Shown here in pieces: positions 12,105 through 25,971 of a stretch of 35,538 nt of DNA. The notes below the pieces were generated by a model. That model was not told where the DNA came from. It did no database searches and was given only the letters and a program-made list of their open reading frames with translations. The DNA is taken from assembly GCA_040143965.1 (NCBI GenBank), contig JASJQH010000063.1:1-35538 (forward strand). Direction: 5' to 3'. A program made the position numbers and the translations under genes. Numbering within the stretch: position 1 is the stretch's first letter; every line of letters starts with the position of its first letter. The DNA is from Basidiobolus ranarum (Eukaryota).

Positions 12105-12809
12105 TTGATCACACTCACTTCCTTGTCCATTCACAGTTACAATTACAATTTCTTTGGCTGTCCACACTGCACTCTACTCAGGCTATTTACATTTTGTGAT
12201 ATTTTTTTGAAACATGTTCAGTAAAAACCCGCATAGGAACTACGTTTAATATTAAATAAAAGCCAATCTTTGTTGTATTATAATCCATGTTCTAAGCATT
12301 TCTATCTTGTTTCACATTGAAATTGTGAAGTAGCGGAAAGCCAGGTTCTGGCTCAGATCGATAAATATAGTCCCAAACGTGTATTAGAATATCGATCCAA
12401 TCAACGTTCGGAAATCATTGAGCAGAAATGGAGCGGAAATCATCACAGCAACATTGCTTGTTAGAAATGGCACATTCTCCATAACATGGTCGAGTATCAT
12501 AGATGGTGAGTGTTGAGTAGAAAGTGAGCATAATCTGAAATTCAATGTAATGTAAACCGTTCACCAACTGAGAAAATCCACGCTACTTGCTGAAAATTAG
12601 TTTGTATCATGCTGATTGAGTGGTTATTCTTGAAACTGTTTCTAGTATCCTCTATCGAGCAACTTATAAAATCGCTACAATCTCGATGGAGAATCCTGTT
12701 CTGAATATTCTATCTACCTCTCGTATTCAGTCCTGGTCCCATCACAAGAGTTGTATTTTCCAACTGAGCCTGTAAAACCAACCTCCTCACTTCGCCCTCC
12801 AGTTTGGAG

Positions 12810-14033
12810 ATGCCGATCGTATATGATGCATCAGATTACCAGGTCGGGATCAAGAGTATTCTTACCTCTATATTTAGTGGATTGTCTCTGCTTGGTGGGC
12901 TTTTCGTAGTCTCTACCATAACATACATAAGAGTGTACCGTCCTCAATTAGCGAATCGACTATCCCTGAAACTCACCTTCTGGATAGCTTTGGCCGATAT
13001 TGTCTATAGCATCTTTGTATTCGTGCTGCAGTGGAAGATCACTTCTAATCAAATATGTGCCTTTCTCTTGTGGGGCTACCTGGAGTTCACTTTATTGCCT
13101 ATCTTTTTGACAGCCACGATTGCCTTTAATTTACACGCCATCTTTGTTAGCGATATATACGACGTTGTTCGATATCAGAAGTATTACTTCCCATTTGCTC
13201 TAACGCTTGCAACCAGTATTAGTTTAATTCCACTGATAGCTGGTCAATTCGAGGCGGATCCTGTGGTTGGAACTTGTTGGTACAGTTCGACTTACACCAG
13301 TAAGACTATGATATGGGAGACCTGCACCCTATTTGGGTGGGTATTCATTGTTGTCCTGTATTGTATCTTCGCGGTATGCTTTATTGGATATAAACTACAT
13401 AAACACGACAAGAATTTAAGGTCGAACATCTCCGTAGACATTCAATTCGTGAGTCGTAAAACGAACAAAGCGATGAGGCGAATTATATTATACCCGATGG
13501 TTCCGATTTTCACTCAAACTTTTAATTGTCTTTGTGAATTTTATACTTTCATTCATAGAGAACTTTATTTTTCATTATATTTACTTTCGGCGGTATTACC
13601 CGCTTGTGTAGGACTTCTAAATGCAGTGGTGTTCATCTTCGATCCTGCGGTGAGGGAATTACTTTACCGAGGTACCCAAAGATCCACCAGTCAGAGTACC
13701 TCGGAAGAGATGTCATTTTATCTATCTAAATCATTGAGTGAATTGGATTCGAAACAATTGAAGCTCCCTTTAGAAGTATCAAGGCCTCCAGAGCGTTCCA
13801 GTGATCCCACCATCCTGGTACGAATAAGTCCGACATCTCAGTCGAATCATAGTCCAATGATCATAAGTAAAATGCCATCTAGCTATCAGGTCCAGGAGGT
13901 TATATCGGAACGGCCTAGTCGTCAAGTAACCTTCAGTGATGAGGAGTCATCAAATCAATCTGTCGCTACATCACCCGAGATGCATCCATCTCATTCTCGA
14001 CCAAGAAAAACCAAATTAATGTCGCTCATATAA
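12810..14033 (+). CDS. Seven-transmembrane GPCR, cAMP-receptor-like/Git3-like; intronless
   Basis: Seven hydrophobic segments. Motifs SLLGGLFVV, RLSLKLTFWIALAD, C in extracellular loop 1, CW in loop 2, RRIILYP and GLLNAVVFIFDP. Ser-rich cytoplasmic tail. ATG at 12810; TATAAAA at 12665-12671. Confidence 0.8.
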   Translation: MPIVYDASDYQVGIKSILTSIFSGLSLLGGLFVVSTITYIRVYRPQLANRLSLKLTFWIALADIVYSIFVFVLQWKITSNQICAFLLWGYLEFTLLPIFLTATIAFNLHAIFVSDIYDVVRYQKYYFPFALTLATSISLIPLIAGQFEADPVVGTCWYSSTYTSKTMIWETCTLFGWVFIVVLYCIFAVCFIGYKLHKHDKNLRSNISVDIQFVSRKTNKAMRRIILYPMVPIFTQTFNCLCEFYTFIHRELYFSLYLLSAVLPACVGLLNAVVFIFDPAVRELLYRGTQRSTSQSTSEEMSFYLSKSLSELDSKQLKLPLEVSRPPERSSDPTILVRISPTSQSNHSPMIISKMPSSYQVQEVISERPSRQVTFSDEESSNQSVATSPEMHPSHSRPRKTKLMSLI

Positions 14034-14503
14034 TTTATAAGATTCAAGTGATTTTCCGCTTTTTCACCTTTCTGCTTTTCTACCTTATTAATGATTCATT
14101 TCTAATCATTATCTTCATTTATTGGACATGCTTCTGTTGTAAATAATCCTTTCATAACCACATATACTGATACCCATCCTAATAAGTCTCAAACTCCTTA
14201 TCATGGGAGAACAATAATAAATCTTTATTCTTGGGAAGTAACGATCATCCAAGATCTAGAACATATTCTTGATACGTACCGGTTATAGGGTGGAACAAGA
14301 GTTTTGGTATTGAACCATATTATTAACTATCTCTGTAAATAACCAGGAGAGAGTATGTCATTAGTGCCTATATCATATATTACGTAAAGAACACGAGTGA
14401 CGGTAGCCGCGTCGATAAAGCTATGATACTGTGAAAGAGCTTGCTTTTATTATGTGTACTTCTAGAGATATATGGTGTGAAATCTATTTGAATTGGAAAC
14501 TTC

Positions 14504-16104
14504 TTATTTCTCTTTGTTAATCAATTTTGGTTGTTGAATAAATCTGATGATTACTAATACGATGATGGCCATAGCAAAGGAACCAAAAGCGTAACATTTC
14601 ATACTTCCGAAGATCCAATAGAATGAACTAGCTGCTATAGGTCCAGCTGCTCGTCCGATCTGACCATAGGAGCGAAATTTCCCTAATACAAGGCCACGGG
14701 CTAATTGATTATTCAACTCTTGATCACAATGTAGGGAGACCAAGGCAGTGAGACAATTCACTACCGTTGCTGAGGTAAACGCTAGAAAAGCTGCACCCAC
14801 GTACAATCCAAAAATTGACTTCTTTCCAACTGCAAAGAAGGCGATTGAAGCTAATCCTAAAGCACATCCAGTAACTCCCTGAATCACGATCCGTTTCTCA
14901 CCAACTTTATATGCCATTCTTCGAACATATCCACCTTGAAGCAAAGCCGATAAGATCCCGATAAAACCAAGTAACTTCCCTTGTTGCATATTGCCAAAGT
15001 CGAATATATCAAAGGTAAGAAAAGTGATGGTGTATTCCATACCAGCAAAGATAAAGATGAATACAAGGTGGGTCCAATTTAAGAGACTGATACTGCGAAC
15101 TTTTTGACGTATCATCGAATCTAGTTTAGCCTCATCTATCTTCACGGTTGTCTCGGTCGATTCAAGATTTTTTTTGTAATGAATGGTTTCTTCAAGGAAG
15201 AAATACAAATAGACGATCTCTATAAGTACTAAGAGCAAAGAGATAAAGGCTGCATACGAGTAAGGGTGGAGTCCCCATTCAGCGATATCTGGATAAAGTG
15301 TTGACAGGTCTTTAGAAGCGAAGAATGCTCCCGTAGCAGGCCCAAATGTAAAAGAAATTGCGAATGCCACTCCAATCAACGCCTATAATGCAGAATTAGT
15401 CTCAGTGTGAATTACTTTTCCAATTGATGACTTCCTTACCAAACCCTTGGACCGAGTTTCGGGGGTGGTTATATCTGAAATGATTGCATTAGAGAGTTGA
15501 ACATTCCCTTCACATAGTCCACCCACCACCCGAAACAATACGAATGTTTTGAAATCTTTAGCAAATACCCAAATAAGGCAAGAGATGGCGTTACCAAGCT
15601 GTAAAAAGATTTAAAATATAAGGTTGACACTTGCTTAAACTCGATAATATGCAAAAAAAAAGCTTACTGTCGTAATCAGAAGGATTTTTCTTCGACCGTA
15701 GGTATCCGACAAGCGACCAATAATAGGGGCCACTAGACTTTGTAAGAGTGAAAATAAGGAGCCAAGAACTCCACCTAATAGAACAATATCCACTCGAGAG
15801 ACAGTCGTTTTTCCAATTACGTTTTTTTTGAAGTGGCCGATATAGTACATTAGCGAGCCAAGTAATGTGTTCTAAGTTTACAGCGGTTTTAGAAAGAGGC
15901 TGAAGATAGAAAGAAAGCTTGAAGAAGAGACATTACCGCTTGATCAGCTTCAATTACTTCATAATACTCAATGAGTCTCGGTAGCAGTGGTAGAATGATG
16001 GTAAACGATAGGATATCTAAAAGCAATGCGAAAAACACCACCGTCAGAATGTTGTAAGGTACTTTCAGAGTCTTCATGTGAGGGTTCTTTTGCACTTCCA
16101 CCAT
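14504..16104 (-). CDS. MFS transporter, MFSD10/tetracycline-transporter-like (multi-exon)
   Basis: LLLDILSFTIILPLLP, GSLFSLLQSLVAPIIGRLSDTYGRR (MFS motif A), GVAFAISFTFGPATG (motif C-like), GMEYTITFLTFD and QGGYVRR. Likely ATG at 16104. Confidence 0.9.
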
Positions 16105-16846
16105 AACAGTTCTATTCAAATTCAAGCCAAGGCTACACTAGGCTTAGGAAAAGATGATGATTGAAATGCAGCATACGTGGTATATATATATATGTGGTAT
16201 ATTAAAATGCTATGTAAGGAGGGTCTCAGATATATGACTTGAATTTGCTCTGACATTTGGACCATATTAGTACGATTTTAATTACGGAATTATTATCAAC
16301 ATATCTAAACCAGTAATGTCCGACGATCATGATAATAAATGAAGACGTCAGAACAAACAACAAATTCAAACTGCCATAGTTTTCGGAATTGAAAAAAATG
16401 AATTAACCTTAACCAGTAGATTTTTTAATCCAATCTAAATAAGGGGATGACGGAGAAACTCATCCATATATGGGTTGGGATAGCCGGCCCAATTTTGCCT
16501 TCAAAGGAATATCAAGATCATTGACAGTCACCATCAAGGGTTGTGGCTGTGCTAAGACTATTCCATATGACAAAGGCAGCGCTTGTGGATTAGAATACTC
16601 TCAAATACTCTCAATAGACGGCATGTAGATTAGGCATAGAGGGGCGTAGATTATGTTCTGAGGCAGGTGAGTTCATAAATTACATTTAATAACAAGTTAG
16701 TAATACACATCTGACAGCAATGCCCTATAAACAATACATGTGCAAATCTCGATGTTGCTTGTAATGTATACAAACTTGATTATGGAGTGATGGTACAATT
16801 ATATGCGCCTACTACTTTACATGAAGCTGTAAGAGTCTGCTACAGA

Positions 16847-17942
16847 TTAAAAATAACTATGGGGTCTGGTTGATTTCCTAGGAGGGTTATATTCTCGACA
16901 AGAGGCCATTTCTTGTGGATACGGCGGTACAGCTGGCGGCGGTGGATAGTAGTATCTATCTCTGGGCAAGTAATCGTCAGGAATTGGCATGTACATTCCA
17001 GGCGAATATGGGTTCCCAGTTGGTAGAAAACCTATGGGGAACCCGCCATATAGTAGATTTGGTTGAAACCCATATGGAGCTGTTCCGTATCGTTTATGAG
17101 AGATCGGATACTGTGCTTGACTCTGAGACCAGTATGTCCGCTTAATAATCAGCATCGTAATTTATTAGTTCTGAAGTGCCCTGACCTTGGACCTAGCTTC
17201 TGATTCAACATACCTTAATTCGAGGATCCTTTGGTGGTACTGGTGGCTTTGGTGGCTTCACATCTTTCTCTTGAAGTTGATTAGGCTGTGGGATCGCTGG
17301 TAGTGGTTTGTTCGCTAAATAGGCAGGATTCAATGACAAATGTTTGGGAAACACCTTTGGGTTGGTGGTTTTATTGGGCTGCGAAACTGGATAGTGAGCA
17401 ATGTAGGACCCACGCGTAACTAATGGTCTTGGGTTGTAGGTACCATCCTAAGAAGAAGCGTAAGTATATCAATGAGCATCCCAAAACTACGGTAGCTCTT
17501 ACCGAAGGATAGAATGTAAGCTCCAAATAAATATCACCAGCGGGTGTATCTTTGTTTTTAATTTCAAACCAACCTAAAGAAGGTGTCAGGAAGCAAGAAT
17601 ACTGGAATGGAGAACTCAAGAACGGAAACGATACTAACCATCATATTGGTGATTTTCCAAAACTGGATCTAATTGTATTTCCGCTTGACCAATAAACGAG
17701 TTGTGAACAGGGTTTTTATCAATACATTTTACCAATAATTCTTTTTCGTTGTTCAAATCGAATTTGACTGCTTGTCCCCACATAGGCTTATGTCCACCAT
17801 TGTTATCTGTATGAGTGCGTTGATTCTCATCCCCCAATTGAAACTCTAGGTACGGGTCTTGTTTACCGATCTTCTGAACTACCGTTATATCTCGGCCACC
17901 ACAAGCTCGTACCACCAAAAGACCGGAGATATCCTTCGACAT
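16847..17942 (-). CDS. C2-domain, proline-rich protein, Inn1/Fic1-like (cytokinesis ingression)
   Basis: N-terminal C2 domain GLLVVRAC...KIGKQDPY...RTHTDNNGGHKPMW...FIG and next-exon GWFEIKNKDTPAGDIYLELTFY. Pro/Tyr-rich tail with PxxP motifs (KPLPAIP, PPKPPVPPKDP, PPPPAVPPYP). Four predicted exons. Confidence 0.7.
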
Positions 17943-18650
17943 ATGGTGAATCCGTTCGTCAAGTAACTAGCTTATATATCGATATTAGTACTGGTAAGAA
18001 ACTTTAATCCAGAGAACCTACTAGTTATTTTCCAACCAAGTCAATAGGACGGGTAGGATACCGGATTTCTTTGAATTCAGTAACGACAAGATGAGCCCAA
18101 ATGATTCACTTGGTTGTGAGGAACCTTTAAGTAAAGAAGTAATTCGGTTCGCTCAGTTTGAAGGAACGATTCAAGAGTTTTACCAGAAGCAATCAAGTGT
18201 GTGAACCGATTTTTACTGTACTTGAGAAATGAGGCGTAGCATTTGCGTTTGACTTAATGCCCTAATTCGAAACAGGTACCAAACAATTACTCAAATATTA
18301 TGTAAGAGATATGCATGAGCATCTACGGTGCAAAATTTAGCATGCCAAAATGAATTATTGATCCCAGGAATCCCCATCAAATATCTTAATATCATGAACT
18401 ACTGAATCTTTTATTCCACCTTCACAATAAAACTATCACCATTACAGTGCCTGATAACTGGAGATTAAATACTGGAATTAATAGTCAAGATGCTACAGGA
18501 GACAATTGTGAAAGCGAGGCTCGTGTGTTATAATCATAGGATTGTTAACTCAAAACTAGATGCTCCTTGAAATAGAATACAGGGGGAAAGGAAGAATACT
18601 GAACCAAGAGAAGATTTCCTTTGTCAATCAGGTGACTACCGATGCATTGA

Positions 18651-21600
18651 TTATGGGGTCGAATTGAGGACTTTTTGTGCTAGTGTCTGTACAATCGTCT
18701 CGGAAAGCTTATTTAATTTGGTATGTAACTGAGCGAGAGTGCTAATGAAACAATTTCATTTTAGAGGAGTTTTGTTGTTGATTGGTGATTATTATGGTGC
18801 TTACCTAGGGGGAGTATCTTGAAGTAAGTCTCTAGATTCCAAAACCTCGTTAACATACTCCAACAATTTATCGATATGGTGATTTTCGGCTTGACGGTGC
18901 GCGCTTAATTCTTGAAGGTCGAACTTCGGAGGTGGAAGGCGAGTTGGATTGGGAGTTTTGTCTACAATAAGAGGTGACTGGGTTTTGAAAATATAAGTGT
19001 CAACAAAGGTTCAAAATGGAACACATGATATTATTTACTGCATTGTCCGGGTTTGCGGGGGTATCTGCACTAATCTTAACGCGTCTTAGACGCTTAGTGG
19101 GGGTTTCCGGCTCGTCGTCTACATTTTCATAGAGATTTTATCAGATTCATAGCCTCTTGTTGGTTTACGAAGCTCAAATATACCTTCATCTAAGTGTGAA
19201 CCTCCCATAAATAGAGATGATTGGTCCTGAGCACAAGGAGTACCCATTGTGGGGCTTTTAAAAGGTGTGGAAGCCTTTCTTTTCCCTAGTTAAGAGAGTA
19301 ATATAATTAGCATGATAAATATAAAGTAACTAATTGCTTTCTTCCTCGAAATTTTTACCTTTCCAATATATCGGGGTTCCGTTACTATTGACATCAGACA
19401 TCGTTGGGATGGCTGAGTGTTTTCCTTTGCTCAGTTGTGACTTCTCTGGCTCTCGTCGAAATTGCTGCGAGAATTGTGTTTAGACAAAGTGGAGTTAGCA
19501 CAAAGATTAGAAGAAGTAACTCACCTCCATTTGGTTGATATTCGTTCGAGCACCATGAGATGGAGTTCCCTCCGAATCATTGTATTCGGCAATAGCTGCT
19601 GGTGAAGCTGTAGACGATTTTAGAATCACTGAAAACGGATAAAACTATTGAATGTATGCTAACCTAGTTTCTTTTTTGGAGTACTTGGTTTGGGGCGTAT
19701 GGCCGGGCTTTCTGGTGTGACTTCTCTTCTGAACTCAACTTTCTCACAAATCGGATCAGACTAAATACAACAAAGAATAAATGATCATTCAAAACCAATT
19801 AAACATATATAAGCTGTGTACCATTCCCGCTTCAACTGTAAGATTAAGGCACTAAATTAAAATATCATTAGTCAACTTCAAACAGTGGAGTTTCACAACT
19901 CTACGACTAACGTTTGATCGTAGGAGAGGCTGCAACGAGGGTGGAACATCATTTGGAGAGCACTGATCAAGAACTTTCTTCAAAAATCGAGCGGAGGTGG
20001 CTTTGATCTGCTCACGCTTGCTGTTGACTCCAGCAATGAGTAATGCAGATAAATGAAAGATGGCATCTTGAGAAGTTAGGTCTGGTAGACTATTCACTCG
20101 TTCAAGAGCAGCACACCAAAGTGTATCAATCTAAGTAAAAAATTGGCCATCAGATCGAAAATGACTGAGATAGAAATGAAACAGGAGATTACCATTTTGT
20201 AGTAGCTCTGTTGATTTTGAGTAGATTGGTTACGAATGTGTCCTCCTTCATCTTGAAGCCACTTGCTAAATCCTTGAGTCAAATAATCCATAACTGTGAT
20301 ATAGCTTGCTTTGCTAGCCCTATTGATTGTGCTGGCAATCGAGGAAAAAAGTCCTTCTGTTAGTGACACCATATTATGAGGCTCCGGGAGCGTTTGATCA
20401 AGAGACTCGTAAAGCTTCTGAAATAAGATTCCGCAAATGATACCAAGAATTTGAGAAGGGCTAAACAAGTAAATAGTTTAAGAAATGGTGATCCTATTCA
20501 AATTGGTTTTTTGATTAAAGACCTTAATTCTTTAGCTGAGTGCTTGTTATCAGGCATCGTCTTACGGAAAAGATGAACTCCGGGGAGTGTATTAGTCATG
20601 ATGCCATTTTCTATACTTAACGTATTGAGGAAATGGCAAGTGATATCCACATACATTATCACTACTCTAGTTAACAGAAATGCAGCTCATGTTAACGATA
20701 TACTTTGAAAGATAGCCAAAAAAACAGCTTACCCAAATGAACCAGAAGAGAAACTAGGGTCTTCCATCTGTAGCCAAAGCTGTGATACAAGATGATGTAT
20801 GTAAAAAACTTTATCGGCAGACTTGGCCTTTATCACACGATGGAAACAATCAAACATCTCCTTCCATAACGCAATATGTTCTATGTCCAGGTAAATAGAG
20901 TGCTCGCATGAAATTCTGAGAATGAAATCAGTCATCAGGAAGAAATAGGATTAGATATATAGAGGACTTACCTAATAGGAAACATAAAAGCCTCGTAGAT
21001 AACCTCATGGCTATCATCGGCAAAAGGGTTCAGGTCTTCGGTAACTGCGTTAGATTCGTCAATATGATAGCAGAGTCCCTTGACTGAATGAGATAGTAAG
21101 TAGTTATTCAAGAGAGCTTTAACGACGATCTAAAACGTACCAATACATGACCATGCTGTCAACACGTCCTTCTTTTGCAAAGTGACGTTTGTGTCGGGTA
21201 GTGATAACAATCCAAAAAATGAGGAAAACACATCCAATACGGCGGGACCATTCTGGGAAATTTCGATAAAGTGCTTGTACGTCTCCCAAAATGTATTTGT
21301 CAGTTGAGGACTTAATGCATGACTAAAAACGCTCATCCATATTTTAGTAATGAATACTGAAAAATGAAGTTAAGATTAATAACGATTGAAATGTGGTAAT
21401 TGTATGATGCAATGACTAGATACCAATAGGCGTAACCATGATACTATTTGACAATTGCTTGCACATCTTGTCACCAAGGATGGAGGAGGCATTTTCGGAG
21501 ATGATGGTAGACAATTTTCTTTCTTCTTCGCTCATTCGATACTTGGTTAAAACTAAAGTACGAGGCGTGAGAGATTGCAACAACCCTTTGATCATGTAAT

Positions 21601-24344
21601 GAACAAGCTCTAGCTTTTGGTCATCCAGGTTGCTTTGGTCTATATTGTATGATACTTGATTTAATAAAACCGTTTAACGGGACTTTCATAAGAATAAGCA
21701 CCAGACCTGTATCCATGGCAGAAGAAGAAATCAAACAAGAATTGTCCACCTTTGATACTTGAGAGATAAAGAATAGTGTTTGGTGAACACTTTGAATACC
21801 TTCTGAGGACGGGTTCACCTCTAAGATATAAAAGAGTTAGATCTTCTATATCGAAACAGCTGACCTTTCTGCTAAGGAAAACATACCCTTCTGAAGCAAA
21901 ACCTCCATGATGTGTAGTAGATGTATCCAAACACTATTAATGGATTTCTGGATAGTAGTTAGTAAACAAACTCGGCGCATGTAAAGCGGAATTGCTGAAA
22001 ACTGTATGCTCAAACCTACCACTATGATATTCTTATCGGTCAGCGAACTTCCGATCCATTCGACTGAGTGATTCCACTTTGCTTGATTCTCCAGCCCCAC
22101 GAACAACATATCTAAGAAATACTTGGTATGAGAACGAATCCATTTTGGATCTTTTCTACTGATCATGTCTGGAGTAATGTTCTCCATCTGTACGAAGGTT
22201 AATGGGTCGGGCAAAGCAGTGTTCGGAGCTAGCAACAAAGAAACCAAGGTTACCAACAGAAACAATGCCAGACTCTTTTTATCTAAACACTCACATCGGC
22301 CTTCCCAACTCAACAGGCTATCAACGATACTGAATCCCAATTGACGTATATCCTCGGCATCATCCGATAGAGTAAACTTAATCACAGGAACAAATACTTT
22401 GTCGAAAAACTAGATTCGAAATATAAAAACGGTAAATGATAGATTCGGTAAATAAAATAACAAAAGCTCTAGCACACCTTGGTCAAAGAATCCCCAAAAA
22501 TATATACAAGTCCAGTCCAAGTTTTTAAGCAAGATAATTTGACATTCTTGTTCTTTTCATAATTAAAACTAAGAAAACCCAGATTAGCCAGCATAAACAA
22601 GTCGTAAATGACGAACAAGGTCTAGGTACCAATTGAGCAACGGCACCATAATGAGTTTGATGCGCTTATCATGAAACAGATGGCCATTCAAAGAGAAATT
22701 ATATATGAGGTACCTGCAACACAGGCTATTAGTGAGCAGAGCATGTGAATCAATTATAATAAATCCAATTACTTCCAACTCTGAAAAGCAGCATATCTGA
22801 CTTCGGCTTTTTTCGTATTGAAACATTTCTAACATTGTGCAGCATTAGGAATACAAGTGTATTTCTCTCCAAAGATCATTGGTAAATTACCTCCATGACT
22901 TTCAGCAAAGAATTTAGAACTGTGGTCCGGTGTAGCTTTCTACCTAGAAAGGCCACTACAGCTCCCCACACTTGAATTACGTATATTTCTAGGATAAAAT
23001 TCAGAAAAGTTGAAACCCAATGTTGACTATGCGTTGTTTTAGACATCTGCTTACCTTCGTTGGAACTTAGCAACTCGTTCAGATTCATGACGAAATCCGA
23101 AAAATGAGTGTTCATAAATTCCTGATATAAACTATTAATACAGAAACATGCATTCGAACTCTAAGATACACTTTCATAGCTTACATCTAGAATAGACCCT
23201 ATTTTGTCATGGTTCTTAATCAAATCCATCAATGCTGTTTGGATGACCTGCAATGCCCTGGCTCTTAGGCCAGATATTGGATTAATCGAGTAGTTAACGA
23301 CGGGTAGAAGCCAAGATCTCGCTTCAGAAGATGCGGCATAAGGCACTTGCTTAAAAAGCACATCTAACGCCTTAGAACAAGGAATTTCAGCTATCGTTGA
23401 CGTTATAAAAGGTGCAAATTATTGATTACCGTTAATGCTTCGTTTTGGATTGTTACCGACTTGTGAGTAGATCTGCTTGCAAAAATCACGGCATCTACCA
23501 AGGTAGATGACATGGGAGCAATAATAGCAGGCGCCATTCTTTGTACAGCTATACACCAAACTGACAAGTTGCATACAATCTTGATGGAGGTGATTAATAT
23601 AAAGAGACTCTTCAGTATCTTACATATATGTCGAAACTAATGGATACCTTATCTTGTGAGGTGTAGATTTTTGACACTAAGATCTTCAACAAATCATAAA
23701 GGTCCGTAGCTATGTACATGAAGAGTTAGAGTTAATGCAACAAGGATTTCCCAGAAAAGAGTAGTAAAATATTCTTTCAATCTTACGGGAGAACAATGAT
23801 ACAATGACTGGGTGATATAAAAAGAAGCCTAAGCATCTAAGCGCAGCATGCGTCCTAAATGAAGTGAAATTCTTACAACGTCAGCGCTCCTGTGTAAAGA
23901 GGGAATACATCGATTGAAGAAATATAAATTCTACACGTACACACTCACGTCAGATGAATCTCCTATATCTCTCTTAAATACGGTTACGAATTCATCAATA
24001 TTCGCCTCAACTTTGCGTAGCTGTTGGTTTTCGTCTTTAAGACGAAACTTGTTATGTAGAGTTATATATGCATCAACGCAATCATTAATATCGCCAATCT
24101 TCAACGCTTCTAGAGCAGGTGTAACGAAATCTAAGACTGCAGTCGTCTGTGATTGTATCTCGTCCAATTCTAACAATTCCTTTTCCGTTGGTTTCGAAGG
24201 GGTTTTAAGTATACCTTTCGTTTTTCTTGGTTTCGAAGATTCAGGGGTAGAGGTCGCGGGACCAAGACACTCAGTACTAAACATGACATGTTTACGATTC
24301 TTACTACTTTCTGAGAGTGTCTCCTGTGTCATACTATGGTTCAT
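18651..24344 (-). CDS. RIF1: Rif1 (telomere length / replication timing regulator), many exons
   Basis: N-terminal PP1-docking motifs RKHVMF and KGILK. Helical-repeat exons match Rif1_N: DAYITL, ALRCLGFF, QVWGAVVAFLG...LNSLLKVME, YLIYNF and RIKLIMVPL. A low-complexity S/T/P region follows, then a final exon TLAQLHTKLNKLSETIVQTL... with stop at 18651-18653. Confidence 0.8.
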
Positions 24345-24913
24345 TAAACTTGACCGGTATTAACAGTCAGTTTCCTTAATGACGAACAAAAGATATTGGA
24401 GATGCGGCAAGATAGAAGCAGTAATGAGGAGTATATTTTTTTCCTCTACTGAACAATAAACGTCACAGGGAGTATGTAAAAAAAGTTCAAATAAAATTTC
24501 ACAGGATATACTATTGAAATATCAGCGAGAATTGAGGATAAAGTAAACAAACAAATTACCATTACAATATCTCAGCCTTGACATAAATAAATACAAAATC
24601 TGATTGAACAGCTATTAGCAAATCAATTGACCACCTCTTCAGTTTCAACCAGCCATAGCAATAACAAAAGTAATTTGACTAGTTTATTTAATCAATTTTG
24701 GAGATATTGTGAAGGGTATGAACCGAGGCTGGGCATCCACCCACCATTACAATTGATGTCACTGTATTTTGAAAGATAATCAAATTCATTTTTACTCAGC
24801 ACGTGTCATGAGTAAATTGATGTGACTAAAATCTAGTGAAAATTGCGGAAGAGTGATGATTTTTAACTACCAAGAAGAGGACTTGGTCTTTGAGAGCTAA
24901 ACACAATTCAATT

Positions 24914-25971
24914 ATGAAATTGAACATAAGTTTACCTTTTCGAATACAACTAGCAAAACGCTTGCTACCTGTATGTGAGAACAATTTAGACCATGCGCAG
25001 CAAGAAATTCGTTGGCTCACAGAATATGTAAAATTGAACTTGAGCAATGATCCTCAGCTTTCCGAACTTCCAAAAAATGAATTGGACCAAAAAGAGAATG
25101 AGAAACTGGAAGAACTAGTTAGTCAAAGAGTTGATTTACGAAAACCTTTGCAATATATCTTAGGTATTTGAGTACTTCATTTCTGTGATAGTTCAGGAGC
25201 TAAACAACCCTCATTCTAAGGAACCCAACCTTTCGGCGAACTAGACATTGTTACAAAGCCGCCAGTCCTTATACCTAGGTTATTATTTTTTTTCTTCGAA
25301 AATGTGCCCTTCTATTTACTCAAAAAATACTGTTTAGGTGGGAAACGGAGGAATGGGCTTTAAAAATTGTAGATAATTTGAACACACACATTGACGAATT
25401 CAAGACTCAGTACCAACGAAAATTCAAGATACTTGATATATGCTCTGGCTCTGGCTGCATTGCTCTAACATTTGCTTCTATGCTACCTAGTGGAACATGT
25501 GAAGTGGTGGGATTAGACAATGCAGAACATGCAATTGCTCTTTCACGACTCAACACCAGTCTTCTTTCTGAACAACTGCGCAATCCAGTCGAGTTCAAAC
25601 TTCTGGACATCCTCAACGATTCTTCAATGGCAAAGTTTATAGAGGGAGGTGCGTATGACATGATCATCTCGAATCCACCATATATCACTCGAGACGAGTA
25701 TAGAACACTTTCACCTGAGGTTAAATTATGGGAAGATTGTAACGCTTTAGTAGCTGACGACGATGGAATGTTATTTCACAAACGCTTAGCAGTGCTAGCA
25801 AAACAGCTATCTTCCAAAACTAAAATACCTTCGATTCCAAGACTGGCCATGGAAATTGGTGGAGAGCATCAGGTTGAACCGTTAGTCAATTTTTTGAAAG
25901 ATCATCAGTTTGAATCGGTACAGGTTTGGGCAGATTTGGCGGGACGTGATAGAGTTATTGCTGCACAATAA
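24914..25971 (+). CDS. MTQ1: HemK/PrmC-family release-factor N5-glutamine methyltransferase, mitochondrial Mtq1-like (3 exons)
   Basis: AQQEIRWL, KPLQYILG|TQPFGELDIVTKPPVLIPR|WETEEW, SAM motif ILDICSGSGCIAL, ISNPPYI and WADLAGRDRVI. Confidence 0.9.

Noticed and set aside
16154-16253. Possible C/D-box snoRNA (ATGATGA ... CTGA)
   Set aside because: No convincing terminal stem or rRNA guide. It overlaps the (TA)n/TATA promoter region of the MFS gene.
23583-23647. Possible U12-type intron in RIF1 (donor GTATCCAT)
   Set aside because: Donor deviates from GTATCCTT and no TCCTTAAC-like branch site is visible; treated as U2-type.
23914-24363. 149-aa plus-strand ORF
   Set aside because: Antisense shadow of RIF1 exon 1.
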